Shown here in pieces: positions 1 through 12,329 of a DNA stretch of 64,000 bases. The stretch spans positions 89,341,645 through 89,405,644 of the forward strand of contig NC_057718.1 in NCBI RefSeq assembly GCF_004010195.1, given 5' to 3'. A model generated the notes under the pieces. That model made no database searches and was not told the origin of the DNA. It saw nothing but the letters and a program-made list of their open reading frames with translations. This DNA is from Chiloscyllium plagiosum (taxonomy: Eukaryota). Position 1 is the first letter of the stretch, and each line of letters starts with the position of its first letter. The position numbers and the translations under genes are program-made.

Positions 1-595
1 CTCCAACTCTATTTTGAATTAGTCCCTACCCTCCCCTTCACTGTTTTGATCACACCGCATTGCCCTTTGATGTGAAGGGCAGTGTTTGTCACTGGCCACT
101 CGGGCGTTTTCCTATCTTCCTGGTGGTGGAAATTGAACAAAGATTCGTGCTCTTTGTGTCTTTCACTGTGTCTCACACCTGCATACACACACCATGGGTG
201 CTGGGGATAAAATAAGCACTACCGCAGTTAGGTGGTAGTGTGGGGGTTAATATTAAAAAAAAAGAGAAAAAAAGAAAAAAATATACAGGAGATTTAAAAA
301 TAAACAAGGGTCTCTTTGTAAAAAAAAATCAATGTGTTCTCCACACAGCAAAAAAAAGGGGACTGTTATCATACAGCGTTAAAAAAACAAACAGGAGTGT
401 GTTCCCTATCCTCCCCTTCACTGTTTTGGTCACACAGCACTGTCCTTTGATGTGAAGGGCAGTGCTTGTCACTGGCCGCTCGGGTGTTTTCCTATCTTCC
501 TGGTGGTGGAAATTGAATAAAGATTTGTGCACTTTGTGTCTCTCACTGTGTCTCACACCTGCACACACACACCATGGGTGCTGGGGAAAAAGAAA
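1..595 (+). repeat. Two diverged direct copies (about 25-207 and 404-586) of a ~180-bp segment separated by A-rich runs; possibly the 3' UTR of an L1/Tx1-type retrotransposon
   Basis: Direct repeat visible with ~380-bp spacing; oligo-A tracts at 255-390; family assignment is tentative. Confidence 0.6.
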
Positions 596-755
596 AGCTG
601 TTCCTCTTGGGGAAATGTGGCATTCTTGCATCTGTGTCCAGATGGCCGAAAGCCAACACGTGTTGATGGCATGTCTTCTCTCTCAGCAACGCAAAGGAAA
701 TGCCAATTAAATTGTGTTAAAGCCGAGGTGGCTATAGCAGAAGTAAGGAGAGTAC

Positions 756-938
756 CTGTAGCACACAGCGCTGCCTACTGAGAGCGTGTTCCAGAGTGGA
801 CAATCGCTGGCTGAGGGACAGTTGGTCAGACTGAATAGCGGCTGCTGCTGAAGAGTCCACCTGCTGCCTCATCTCTTCCCCCAGGTCAGACAGGACATGA
901 AGAGAGTCCCGCAGTTTGGCCAACTCTTCCAACAGTGC
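756..938 (-). CDS. SYNE1: Nesprin-1 coding exon (ALLEELAKLRDSL...QRCVLQ)
   Basis: ctacag acceptor, gtactc donor, 183 nt phase 0-0; AAAIQSDQLSLSQ motif. Confidence 0.93.
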
Positions 939-1914
939 CTGTAGTTGCAATCAGAGAAGGGAGAGAGAGTATTTCACACAACAGCATGACTCCATGTCGG
1001 TACAAATAAACGGTCGCATTTCACCCCAAACCCATCACCACCACCCACCTTCTCCCACCCCAGGTACGCCATGCCTGATCTTGAACCTTAATCCGTCCTT
1101 CACAGCACAAACCCATTCATCTCCGTCTTGGACGTTTCAACTGATCTAAACCTATGATTCCACTTGTGGGGAGTGAGTTGCTAATTCCCACCATCTTCTG
1201 TAGCGGAAACTACCTGCCATTATTTAAGATAACACTTTATGTTCAGTATTTAGCTTCCAAAGCTTTTGGGGAGTCTGAGTTCAGGTGGAGATTACACGGA
1301 ATGTGAGAGAGGCGAGAGGGAGGCCATTCAGCCGACGGGATTTATTACCCACTGTCTCTTTCCCCTCTCTGTTTAAGGTCATAGAATATTACAGCACAGA
1401 AAGAGGACCTTCAGCCCATACAGGTCATCAGGAACCTATCCTGCTGTAATTCTATTTCTCAGCACTTGCTCCATAACCTCGTATGCTACGGTGTTTCAAG
1501 TAAAAAAAACAACTTATCAGGATATAATTCCATTTCTTTCTTTCCGATGTACTTGCCTGGTTTCCCCTTAAATCAATTACTCACTGCTCTATGGTAATAT
1601 TCGTGTTGGGCAGTCTATTGACTGGTGCAGAGAAGGCAGCTCGAAAATGCATTAACTGCTGTCGAAGCTGTAAGACCTACCAACAGGGGTTGTTTTGCAC
1701 ACTCATCTAACACACAATAGAATAATGGTGTGTTTCTGCAGAACCTGCATTTCTCAGAGAAGTGTCATTTGGCAAGGGGGTACTGTGGTGTAATAGGTAG
1801 TATTTCTGCACCCCCATGAGCTGAAAGGGTGATCCACTTTAAGAAAAAATAATTTAGTTTCATTGGGAAAACATTCGATTCCAGAAATCATGTCCCTTTA
1901 CAATATTCTACAAT

Positions 1915-2250
1915 GGGCGGCATGGTGGCTCAGTGGTTAGCACTGGTGCCAGGGACCCAGGTTCGATCCCACCCTTGGATGACTGTCTGTGTGGAGTTTG
2001 CACATCCTCCTAGTGTCTGTGTTATATGGATTGGTGGGTTAGCCATGCTGATCCACCCAGGTTAGGGTGGATTGGCCATGCTAAATTGTCCATTGTGTTC
2101 AGGGATGTGCAGGATAGGTGGAGTTAGCCTGGGAGATGCATGGTTATTGGAATAAGGTGGGGGGGGGGGGGGGGGGGGGTATCCAGGCAGGATGCTCTTC
2201 GGAGGGTTGGTGTGGACTCGATGGGCTGAATGGCCTGATTCCACACTGTA
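1915..2250 (+). mobile_element. HE1-like tRNA-derived V-SINE containing a G21 run (2159-2179)
   Basis: A box tggctcagtggt, B box ggttcgatccc, V-domain tgtgtggagtttgcac, CR1-like tail. Confidence 0.85.
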
Positions 2251-2724
2251 TGGTTAACATGATTTTGTTAAAGAAGAACATTTGTGGTATCAGCTAAGTT
2301 ACTTTGCTATACTGCTCAGCTTTGAAAACTTGAGTCCAGAACGTGTTCAGCCATCTGCACATTTCTGCTTAATGTAAAACAGATTTTAATAATTATAAAC
2401 TTAGCTCGGGGTTGACAAAAGAACCAGAAGCAACGAGTGGACTCTTCGACATTCAATGAATAGTTACCTTTGGAATGCACTCCCTGACCAGTGGGCAAAT
2501 ACAGATTCGATGAGAACTTTCAAAAGGTTACTGGCTGAATACTCGCAAAGGGAAAGAACTCCAGGGAGGTGGCGGACACCGAAGCAAATGCAAGTAATTG
2601 GACTGCATTTGAAAAAGAGGTGGCTCAAAATCGACAGGCCATCTTCGGCGTGGAGCTGTTGTATTCTTATTATTTTTGATGAATAAAGGGAACCGGGAAC
2701 TGACCTGTTACATATCCCAATTTG

Positions 2725-3020
2725 GGGCTGCAGAGTGACCCAGTGGTTAGCACTGCTGCCTCACAGCGCCAGGGTCCCAGGTTCAATTCTGGCCTCGGGT
2801 GACCGCCTGTGTGGAGTTTGCATGTTCTCCCCGTGTCTGCATGGGTTTCCTCCCACAGTCCAAAGATGTGCAGGTCAGGTGAATTGGTCACGCTAAATTG
2901 CCCATAGTGTTAGGTGCATTAATCAGAGGGAAATGGGTCTGGATGGGTTACTCTTCGGAGGGTCGGTGTGGACCTGTTGGGCTGAAGGGCCTGTTTCCAC
3001 ATTGTAGGGAATCTAATCTA
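2725..3020 (+). mobile_element. HE1-like V-SINE
   Basis: tRNA head, V-domain, tail gggcctgtttccacattgtagggaatctaatct. Confidence 0.85.
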
Positions 3021-3205
3021 AAGAAAAATGCACCTTAACTCTGCTCCCCAGATCCAGGTCTCGTGCAATGGAATTCCACTGAAATGGTCCACCATGGATT
3101 TAAAGTAACAAGTTACTGTTTGTTTTTACCTAAAAGGCATTAAAGTAAATTCTGGTCCTTTTTGTGTTGAAACTCTGCACTGATTGTTGTGTCTATAGTA
3201 CTCAC

Positions 3206-3410
3206 ATCACAGTCCTGAATCCAATTTGTAACCTCCTCCTCAGCGATATCTCTGTTCGCAGCTTTCTTAATCAACTCGTTGCTTTTGTCCTCCTGCTGTC
3301 GCACTGTAACTGAGCACTGGCCCGAGTAATCCCTGTACTTCTGCCAGAGCTGAAGGAGAATCTTGCTGGAGTGAAGTTGCTCCGCGATATCTTGAAGTAA
3401 ATTATTCCAG
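3206..3410 (-). CDS. SYNE1: Nesprin-1 coding exon (S-WNNLLQDIAEQL...WIQDCD)
   Basis: catcag acceptor, gtgagt donor, 205 nt phase 2-0; frame absent from ORF track. Confidence 0.93.
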
Positions 3411-4242
3411 CTGATGTGCAGAAATGAATTGCACTCGTTAGGTAATTTACAGGGAACAAAATTAGCCCTGGATTAACATAGGATACCCGTAATGGAGTCT
3501 GGAATACAAACTCTGCGTTGGAACAGAATTATAAGAACCTTACCTTTATATTTTACTTTAATTTGGAGGATGAGAACTGTTCGACAGCAGAGAACTGAGG
3601 AAGGCGATAGTGTGCTTTTAAAAAGCCAGTTAATGAAACTCATTTTGTGTGGTGTTTACACTGCTGCTTTGTTCAAGTATGGGGTCATTTGTGGACTGCT
3701 CTGCGTGTCTGTGAGAGTCAGCTAGCAACAAGTTGCTGATTGGTCTGTGAAATTGTGACCAACACTTGTAGAAGACAAAGACTGACAACAACTACCTGAT
3801 TGGCTCTTGGGCAGTAGACAGCTTGTGGGGGTTGAACAATGTGGCAGAAGCCTTTGGACCACTAAACATGTGACACAGCGAAAGTGAAGGAATGTGGATA
3901 TGCTTCCACGATGGGGTAGTATGTGGTTTGGAGGGGAACCTCCAAAGTAGTCGCACTCCCACGCATCTGCTGCCCTGGTCCTTCTCAGGTGGTAGAAGGT
4001 CACAGGTTTGGAAGATGCTATTGTAAGGAGCCTGGGTGAGTTAGTGCAGTTTATCTTGTAGATGGTGCACACTGCTGCTACTGTGCATCGGAGGGAGTAA
4101 AGGTTGGTGGATGTGGTGCCAATCAAGTGGGCTGCTTTGTCCTGGATGGTGTCAAGCTTCTTCAGTCTTGTTAGAACCTCACCCATCCTGACAAGTGAGG
4201 AGCATTCCATCACACTCCTGCCTTGTACCTTTGTAGATGGTC

Positions 4243-4392
4243 AAAGTTAAAAAAAAATCACACAACACCAGGACCTGACGAAGGAGCAGTGCTCCAAAAG
4301 CGTGTACTTTCAAAAACACCTGTTGGACTATAACCTGGCGTTGCGTGGTTTTTAACTTCGTCCATCCCAGTCCCACACTAGCACCTCCACAT
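4243..4392. mobile_element. Penelope-derived short insert, family 2 (degenerate hammerhead core at 4275-4300)
   Basis: cctgacgaaggagcagtgctccaaaag plus the tgttggactataacctgg tail shared with 12135 and 43843. Confidence 0.65.
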
Positions 4393-4490
4393 TGTGGATG
4401 GTGACATGCTTTGGAAAGCACTCCCTGAGGGGTGAGTTACTCACTGCTGGATTCCTAGCTTGACTTGTCGTTGTTATATTTTTAATATTA

Positions 4491-4712
4491 AGAGAAAGTG
4501 AGGACTGCAGATGTTGGAGATCAGAGTCAAAAGGTGTGGTGCTGGAAAAGCGCAGCCAGTCAGGCAACATTCGAGGAGCAGGAGAATTGACGTTTCGAGC
4601 ATAAGCTCTTTATCCATTCCTGATGAAGGGCTTATGCTCGAAACATCGATTCTCTTGCTCCTTGGATGCTGCCTGACCGGCTGTGCTTTTCCAGCACCAC
4701 ACCTTTTAGACT
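4491..4712. mobile_element. Penelope-derived inverted-repeat insert, family 1
   Basis: Arms symmetric about ~4615; core ctgatgaagggcttatgctcgaaac at 4620-4644. Confidence 0.75.
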
Positions 4713-5147
4713 ATTTATAATACTAATCTGGTTCAGTTTCTGGTCAATGGCAACCCTCAGGATGTCAATGGTGGGGGATTCACTGATGCTTGTGCAATTG
4801 AGTGCCATGGGGCAGTGGGTGGATCCTTTGATTGATGGAAATGGTCATGAAAGCCACTACATAAACATCTTTCTTCAGTGTTCACTTCGCACTTCCACCT
4901 CTAAAACTATCCTCCATGAAGTTTGCTGGGTGCTATCCAAATACAGATTCTCATTGTTCGGTGGACTAAGCCCAAGGGAAGATGGAATGGCAAGGTATAA
5001 TGGCCCAACTTGACAAGCTGGGAGATACAAACAAATACACAAGGGGACATCAGCCCTGAAGTCTCATCCTTGGGCAGGAGAGGGGTCTCTGACGTTTAGA
5101 ATTTTGAAGTGATGACCAACACATTCATCAAAAGCTAAGAGCTAGGC

Positions 5148-5275
5148 TGAAGTGGGTACTGCAGATGCTGGAGATTACAGTCTAGATTAGAGTGGTGCTA
5201 CAAAAGCACAGCCGGTCAGACAGTATCCGAGGAGCAGGAAAATCGACGTTTTGGGCAAATGCCCTTCATCAGGAA
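5148..5275 (-). mobile_element. Penelope-derived single arm, family 1
   Basis: Reverse complement reads cctgatgaagggcatttgcccaaaacgtcga followed by the family-1 tail. Confidence 0.7.
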
Positions 5276-5369
5276 GAGCTGGCAACTGTGCGTGAGGTTT
5301 AAGCGAACTACAAGATTGCACCATTAAAGATGTTCCCAATCATCCACACTCTTCAACACTGAAACACAG

Positions 5370-6787
5370 TGAAACCTCTGAAGAGCAGGTGTGCATGCTG
5401 GAACAGATAGAGATAGAGGAAGCTGGTGTGCTGAAAATTTTGTCAAACATTAAGATTGACAAGTCGCCAGGCCCACACCAGATTTGTCCTCGGCTGCTTT
5501 GGGAAACGGGAAATGCGATTCCTTCGCCACTTGCGAAGACCTTCGCATCCTCGCTCTCCACCGGAGTCGTACCGGAGGACTGGAGGGAGGCAAATGTAAT
5601 TCCTCTCTTCAAGAAAGGAAATAGGGAAATCCCCGACAATTACAGACCAGTCAGTCTCACGTCTGTCGTCTGCAAGGTGTTAGAAAGGATTCTGAGGGAT
5701 AGGATTTATGACCACCTGGGAGAGCATAGCTTGATTAAATGCAGTCAACACGGCTTTGTGAGGGGCAGGTCATATCTCACAAGCCTTATCGAGTTCTTTG
5801 AGGATGTGACTAGAAACGTTGATGAGGGTTGAGCTGTGGATATGGTGTATATGGACTTCAGCAAGGCATTTGATAAGGTTCCCCATGGTAGGCTCATTCA
5901 GAATATCAGGAGGAATGGGATTCAGGGGAACATAGCTGTCTGGATACAGAATTGGCTGGTCAACAGAAGACAGCAAGTGGTAGTAGAAGGAAAATATTCT
6001 GCCTGGAAGTCTGTGGTGAGTGGTGTTCCACAAGGCTCTGTCCTTGGGCCTCTACTGTCTGTACTTTTTATTAATGACTTGGATGAGGGGATTGAAGGAT
6101 GGGTCAGCAAGTTTGCAGACGACACAAAGGTTGGAGGTGTCGTTGATAGTATAGAGGGCTGTTGTAGGCTGCAGCAGGACATTGACAGGATGCAGAGATG
6201 GGCTGAGAGGTGGCAGATGGAGTTCAACCTGGATAAATGCGAGGTGATGCATTTNNNNNNNNNNNNNNNNNNNNNNNNNNNNNNNNNNNNNNNNNNNNNN
6301 NNNNNNNNNNNNNNNNNNNNNNNNNNNNNNNNNNNNNNNNNNNNNNNNNNNNNNNNNNNNNNNNNNNNNNNNNNNNNNNNNNNNNNNNNNNNNNNNNNNN
6401 NNNNNNNNNNNNNNNNNNNNNNNNNNNNNNNNNNNNNNNNNNNNNNNNNNNNNNNNNNNNNNNNNNNNNNNNNNNNNNNNNNNNNNGAGTCGATAGCCAG
6501 AGACTATTTCCCAGGGCAGAAATGGCTAACACGAGGGGTCATAGTTTTAAGTTGGTTGGAGGAAGGTATAGAGGGGATGTCAGAGGCGGGTTCTTTACAC
6601 AGAGAGTTGTGAGAGCATGGAATGCGTTGCCAGCAGCAGTTGTGGAAGCAAGGTCATTGGGGACATTTCAGAGACTGCTGGACATGCATATGGTCACAGA
6701 AATATGAGGGTGCATACATGAGGATCAATGGTCTGCACAACATTGTGGGCTGAAGGGCCTGTTCTATGCTGTACTGTTCTATGTTCT
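5370..6787 (+). mobile_element. CR1 LINE, 5'-truncated: RT domain to 3' end, in-frame stop at 5830-5832
   Basis: Motifs KSPGP, NYRPVSLTS, DFSKAFDKVPH, GVPQGSVLGP, KFADD; tail (gttctat)n; spans an assembly gap. Confidence 0.93.
6255..6485. other. Assembly gap (N run)
   Basis: 231 N. Confidence 1.
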
Positions 6788-7203
6788 ACGCTCTGGAAAA
6801 CGGGAGGTACAGTTGATGACAATACCTCACATGTGACAGAATAGTGGCCAATGAAGTACTGACAAACAAAGTAATGGCGGCGTAAGTGTGTTATTTTCAC
6901 TTGTGTCAGGCTGAATGTGGCAATTACTGCCCATTCCCTGTTTCCAAGGGAGCATGAAGAATCACCGAGGTAACAGGGAACCACACTGAGCTTCCCTTTC
7001 CTGAGGGACAACAGCTGTACGTTGAGGACAATCCAACCATTTCACACCACCCTTTTCTGCTGCCAGGTCACAAATTAGTGAATTCAGCTCACCACGATGG
7101 GTTTTGAGCTCGCTATGCTGCACATGGAGCACTGGAACCACAAGGCTAGAATTAATGTATCTAATTAATCATTAGAGGAGAGCATTGATGAGAAGACCCT
7201 CAT

Positions 7204-7606
7204 TCTGATCGCTGTCTTCCTGGGGGGGTCGGGGAAGCAAGACGGGCTGTCCTAGAGGTGGTCGGAAGGTGTGTCAAGGCAGACTGAGACCTGGAAGGGG
7301 CATGGGGTGGGCCGAGAGCCGGATGGGGTGTAGGGGCAGCCTGCCTTAGCGTGGCCAGAAGGTGGGAGGGATGTTGGCTTGCTGGGGGTCGGTATTTTAT
7401 GCATTTTTTAAAAATGTAATTGGACTGTCTTATATGTACTTACTGTTTTGTGATGATGGAAGGCGGGATTTGAGGTTTGTCCTCATTTCCTGAAAACTGG
7501 TTGAACGGAAGGACCTGGGGCCTGGCTTTGCCACTTCTCTGTATACAGCTGTTAATGTTATGTGTTTTGTAGACTGTATATTGTTTAATAAAATTTTAAA
7601 AATGAA
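7204..7606 (+). mobile_element. L1-like 5'-truncated retroposed 3' end with 11-bp TSD
   Basis: TSD aagaccctcat at 7193-7203 and 7607-7617; G-rich then T-rich body; AATAAA at 7587-7592; A-rich end. Confidence 0.65.
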
Positions 7607-7967
7607 AAGACCCTCATACATGGGAAATTCTGGGGACCACCCCCAAAGCAGTCAAAGAGCAGTGAGACCATTGCACAGCAGGCCAAGGGACTGTGTCGAA
7701 CAGGAAATTCAATATTAATAGATGACGCTTAGATAATAAAGTGACTCCCACTTTTCTCAGGTATCACAACTACAAAATAGGACTACACGACAAAAGCTTC
7801 AGATGTATTGACGCAGCTTCATCTATCAAATAATGCACAAGGACATAAACAGCTCATGCAGAGCAGCAATTGTAAGCCAGGATAAGGAGAAAGCATCAAA
7901 TGTCAGCTGTGACAGAGCAAGTGAGAGACAGTGGGAAAAGTACAACAAGCAGCCAGGGCAGAGCGAG

Positions 7968-8770
7968 GGATCCTGTGATTGGAGGGACAGACAGCAGGGG
8001 AGAAAGGGATCCTGTGATTAGCGGGACAAAGAGTATGGGAGAAAGGGAACCTGTGATTGGAGGAGCAAAGAGTGCGGGAGAAAACGAACCTGTGATTGGA
8101 GGAGCAGAGAGTTCGGGAGAGTGGGAACATGTGATTGGAGGAGCAGAGAGTCCACAAGAGAGGGAACCAGGGATTAGAGGAGCAGGGAGGATGGGAGACA
8201 CAGAACCTGTGTTTGGAGGAGCAGAGAGCGCAAGAGAGCGGTAGCCTGTAATTGGAGGAGCAGAGAGTGCAGGAGAGAGGGAACCTGTGATTGGAGAAGC
8301 AGAGAGTGCAGGAGAGAGGGAACCTGTGATTGGAGAAGCAGAGAGTGCAGGAGAGAGGGAACCTGTGATTGGAGAAGCAGAGAGTGCAGGAGAGAGGGAA
8401 CCTGTGATTGGAGAAGCAGAGAGTGCAGGAGAGAGGGAACCTGTGATTGGAGAAGCAGAGAGTGCAGGAGAGAGGGAACCTGTGATTGGAGAAGCAGAGA
8501 GTGCAGGAGAGAGGGAACCTGTGATTGGAGAAGCAGAGAGTGCAGGAGAGAGGGAACCTGTGATTGGAGAAGCAGAGAGTGCAGGAGAGAGGGAACCTGT
8601 GATTGGAGAAGCAGAGAGTGCAGGAGAGAGGGAACCTGTGATTGGAGGAGCAGAGTGTGCAGGAGAGAGGGAACCTGTGATTGGAGGAGCAGAGAGTGTA
8701 GGAGAGAGGGAACCTGTGATTGGAGGAGCAGAGAGTACAGGAGAGAGAGAAAACCTGTGATTGGAGGAGC
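7968..8770. repeat. 39-bp minisatellite (ggaacctgtgattggagaagcagagagtgcaggagagag), about 20 copies
   Basis: Near-perfect units ~8280-8630, degenerate toward 7968. Confidence 0.97.
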
Positions 8771-8794
8771 AGCAGCACTCAAGGAAATCCTTAC

Positions 8795-8928
8795 CTTGTA
8801 TTAACCTCATTGAGATTAGTTGTCAACAAGCTGCTGTCTGGTGGGTGGCACTCCTTCAGGAGTTGATTGGACACAGAGTCAAACTTCTGCAGGCTGCCTT
8901 CCGACTTATCCAGTTCCTCTTGGAGGTT
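8795..8928 (-). CDS. SYNE1: Nesprin-1 coding exon (NLQEELDKSEGSLQKF...LNEVNT-S)
   Basis: ttacag acceptor, gtaagg donor, 134 nt phase 0-2. Confidence 0.93.
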
Positions 8929-9319
8929 CTGTAAAATAAAAGGTGGACCCAACTTTGAAGAAGGTATGTATGTGCCATTTGGGGAACAGAAATACGGTGG
9001 CACTTGGATGTTTAACCGCAGAGGTGTACTCTGATCCTTTGTGGTTGGTACAACTGAAGCAATGGAACCACCTTGGACTGAGGCTGAGCTGAGCTAAGCT
9101 AAAGCCCCATCACAAGTGAAGGTGACAATTATTGGCCATTCCCTGTTTCAAGTGAACCAGGGGGAGTGGGGAGGGATGGCACATGAAGGAGAAAGGTGAA
9201 GAGACAGATTCTGAGAGGAGAGGTAGAGAAAAAGAGGACGAGGTTGAGTTTACATAGCACCTTCCAGGACGGTGGTGAATCATAAAAAGCTTTCAAGTCA
9301 ACAAAGTACAGCAGATATT

Positions 9320-9611
9320 TGGATTACAGTGTGGAAACAGGCCCTTCGGCCCAACAAGTCCACGGAAGCACAACCCACCCATACCCCTACATTTACCCCT
9401 TTACCTAACACTACGGGCAATTTAGCATGGCCAATTCACCTAACCTGCACATCTTTGGACTGTGGGAGGAAACTGGAGCACCCGGAGGAAACTCACGCAG
9501 ACACGGGGAGAATGTGCAAACTCCACGCAGTCAGTCGCCTGAGTTGGGAATTGAACCCAGGTCTCTGGCGCTGTGAGGCAGCAGTGCTAACCACTGTGCC
9601 ACCGTGCCGCC
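9320..9611 (-). mobile_element. HE1-like V-SINE with 15-bp TSD
   Basis: TSD caacaaagtacagca at 9299-9313 and 9612-9626. Confidence 0.9.
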
Positions 9612-11019
9612 CAACAAAGTACAGCAAACATTTTATTAACCAGCTCCTATTGGACCAGGAGTGTGCTGGTTGATTAAATATTCTGGTTGATTAAGAGGTC
9701 CACCAAATCAATGGAAAAACACACACTAAGTAACATAAACGTAATGAAGGGGGTATACACCTTACAGCATAAATCACTTAAATAATAATGCATCTTCGCC
9801 TTAAATAAAACCTATCGGCAGAGAGCCTCCTGATCGCACCCTTCAAATGACCACGTGGACATGGTGAAGATCCTAAAAATACATTAAACATCCGGTATTT
9901 CCAGTATATCATTTTTTGCCAGTTTATCAAGAGGGCCAGTTCATAAGGTGCCTGTTAAAACAAAGTTGGCTGCACTGTCAAAGTGTCATTATAACTTCAA
10001 TATGGACACGCAGCAGTCGATTTGTGCGCCTAATGAACAGGACACCGGTGGAGCGATAAATATTGGAAGCGGCATTGGATAGAGCGCCCCTGCTGGCTGG
10101 CCATGGATCTGAGCTGGGAGGGCAGAGTCACCTCAAGGGAAAGATGGCACATCACCACCTCAGTACTGCACGGTCACTGCTAACCTGAGATTGGCTGCGC
10201 TGGAGTGGAATTTCAACTCACAAACTACAGAGTCTGAGGTCAGTCTCGGGCAACACAGCAGAGGGGTGAAAAGCACAGTGCTGCCAGGCAGGAAGACAGA
10301 AAATACACAATAGGCTATTAACAGTGAAACTCTGGAAGAGGTTCAGTGAAGATCAATGATATGGAGGATCACACAAACACAGGCAGTCACCAGAACAAGA
10401 TGGAGACAGAACTTCAAAAGCAAGGAAAGGATTTTGTAAATAAATCACCACTGAATGAGCAGGCAGGATGGATCGTGATGATGGGAGTATGGGTGAAATT
10501 ATAGCTTAAATTAGTTTAAATTTAAAATTTCTTCCATTTAATTTGGGTGTCACTGGCAAGGCTAACATTTGTTGCTTGTCCCCAACTGCTAAGTGGCTTG
10601 TGAGGCCATTCCATACCGGATAAGCAAGACACAACCACATTACTACAGGTCTGGAATCCAATGTTGCGTGAGGACTGCAGATTTCCTTCCCCAGAGAATA
10701 CCCTTCCACCTTTCTCATCCCCTAATAAAAATAAACAAACCTCAGTCGCGCTCAGAGTTGAAACCCAGCAGCATCAGATTTTTTGTTTTGGAAGGGTGTG
10801 GGAGCAGAAGGGCAGGAGTGTCCCAGGTTTCCGATCCTCCGTGTGAGGAAAGTACTTTCGGATTTTGCTCCAGGAGAGATATTTAAAATTGTGGCACCTG
10901 CTGATTGGCTTTAAGGAAGGCAAATAGTGTTCTGGGGAGGATCAGAGAGGTAATTCCAGGGCTTCTGTACTACCTTTGTAAGATGGGGCAACAGCCCCTG
11001 CTACATGACTTCAGAGGTT

Positions 11020-11244
11020 AGAGTGTGTGGTGCTAGAAAAGCACAGCAGGCCAGGCAGCATCCAAGGAGCAGGAGAATCAACATTTCGGGCATTAGTCCT
11101 TAATCAGGAATGAGGCCTGATGAAGGGCTTAGGCCCGAAATGTCGACTCTCCTGTTCCGCGGATGCTGCCTGACCTGCTGTGCTTTTCCAGCACCACACT
11201 CTAAACTCTGGTCTCCAGCATCTGCTGTCCTCACTTTCTCTAGA
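11020..11244. mobile_element. Penelope-derived inverted-repeat insert, family 1, 12-bp TSD
   Basis: TSD acttcagaggtt at 11008-11019 and 11245-11256; core ctgatgaagggcttaggcccgaaa at 11117-11140. Confidence 0.8.
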
Positions 11245-11589
11245 ACTTCAGAGGTTGTAAGATTCCTCAATACAAAACACCACGCAGCAAATACAAGGGC
11301 GTATAAATGGGGTAGCGGTCAAGGGCTATGGGGACCAGGAAAAATTGTCATATGTGAATAATAAAAGCAATGGAGTAGACCAGGTGGGCTGAATGGGCAC
11401 AAATTCTCTGTAATTTCAGGTCCTCAACAAGCGCCACCACAAACGACACTGTTCACCAGGGTTTCAGTGGCAAAAGGGAATGAGTTCATTTGTCTGCAAG
11501 GGAGACAGCGTCCACCTGATCCACCTCAGGCAACCTTCATTAAATGTTACCAAATACCTGCAAGGACAGCGCAAAGTTCAAGCACTTAC

Positions 11590-11760
11590 CTGTAGGTTGT
11601 CTACCTGGATTTTCACAGCTTCCAGACAGCCAGTCAGCAAACGGAAACGTGAAAGGGAGTAGCGGGCGTCCATCAGGTGGCCATTAATGTCCTCATAGGC
11701 TGCCTTGTAAATATTCCACTGGTCCAGCAACGACTGGAGAGTGATCTTCAACTGGCCAAC
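11590..11760 (-). CDS. SYNE1: Nesprin-1 coding exon (VGQLKITLQSLLDQW...QVDNLQ)
   Basis: ttccag acceptor, gtaagt donor, 171 nt phase 0-0. Confidence 0.94.
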
Positions 11761-12134
11761 CTGGAACATGGCAAGGTCGGACAGTGAACGTGTGCTCTCT
11801 TGGATTGGGAAAGCCCACATGTCTGGAAAAGTCAAATAAGAGGTGGCCTGGCCTTTCTTGGTTGTGACTAACAGCATCTATTCCCTGCCTTATCGTGAAA
11901 ATAAACATGTTGTGAAGATAAACAAATGCTACAAAGTACCAGAACAAATATGATGAGACAATGGTCTCCTCAGTATTGTAAGATTACAAGGGAATGGTGG
12001 TTAAATCTTGTAGCAGCCACTGGCATGGCTTTGGCGCAGAAAGCTCTGCCTTGAACACGACACTTTATCTCATAAAAAGAAATGTTTGTTCTTGGGATCC
12101 TGATCACTTTTACTACTCAACCCTGGTTTCTGAG

Positions 12135-12329
12135 TTAAACATCACACAACACCAGGTTATAGTCCAACAGGTTTAATTGGAAGCACCAGCTTTCGGAGCG
12201 TCGCTCCTTCATCAGGTAGTTGTGATGAAGGAGCAGCGCTTCAAAAGCTAGCGCTTCCAATTAAACCTGTTGGACTATAACCCGGTGTTGTGTGATTGTT
12301 AAATTTGTACAACACCGGCATCTCCAAAT
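12135..12329. mobile_element. Penelope-derived inverted-repeat insert, family 2, 13-bp TSD
   Basis: TSD cctggtttctgag at 12122-12134 and 12330-12342; arms symmetric about ~12218. Confidence 0.8.

Larger units (their letters stand above)
3890..4850 (-). mobile_element. Degenerate non-LTR retrotransposon ORF2 3' fragment (CR1/L2 group), interrupted by two Penelope-derived inserts
   Basis: Translation MMECSSLV...LKKLDTIQDKAAHLIG; same family as 35143-35610. Confidence 0.65.

Noticed and set aside
5389..6612. Possible active reverse transcriptase gene
   Set aside because: 5'-truncated CR1 copy with an in-frame stop at 5830-5832 and no endonuclease domain or ORF1
7896..8810. Long repetitive ORFs (304, 291, 202 and 157 aa)
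   Set aside because: By-products of a 39-bp unit divisible by three; open in several frames on both strands
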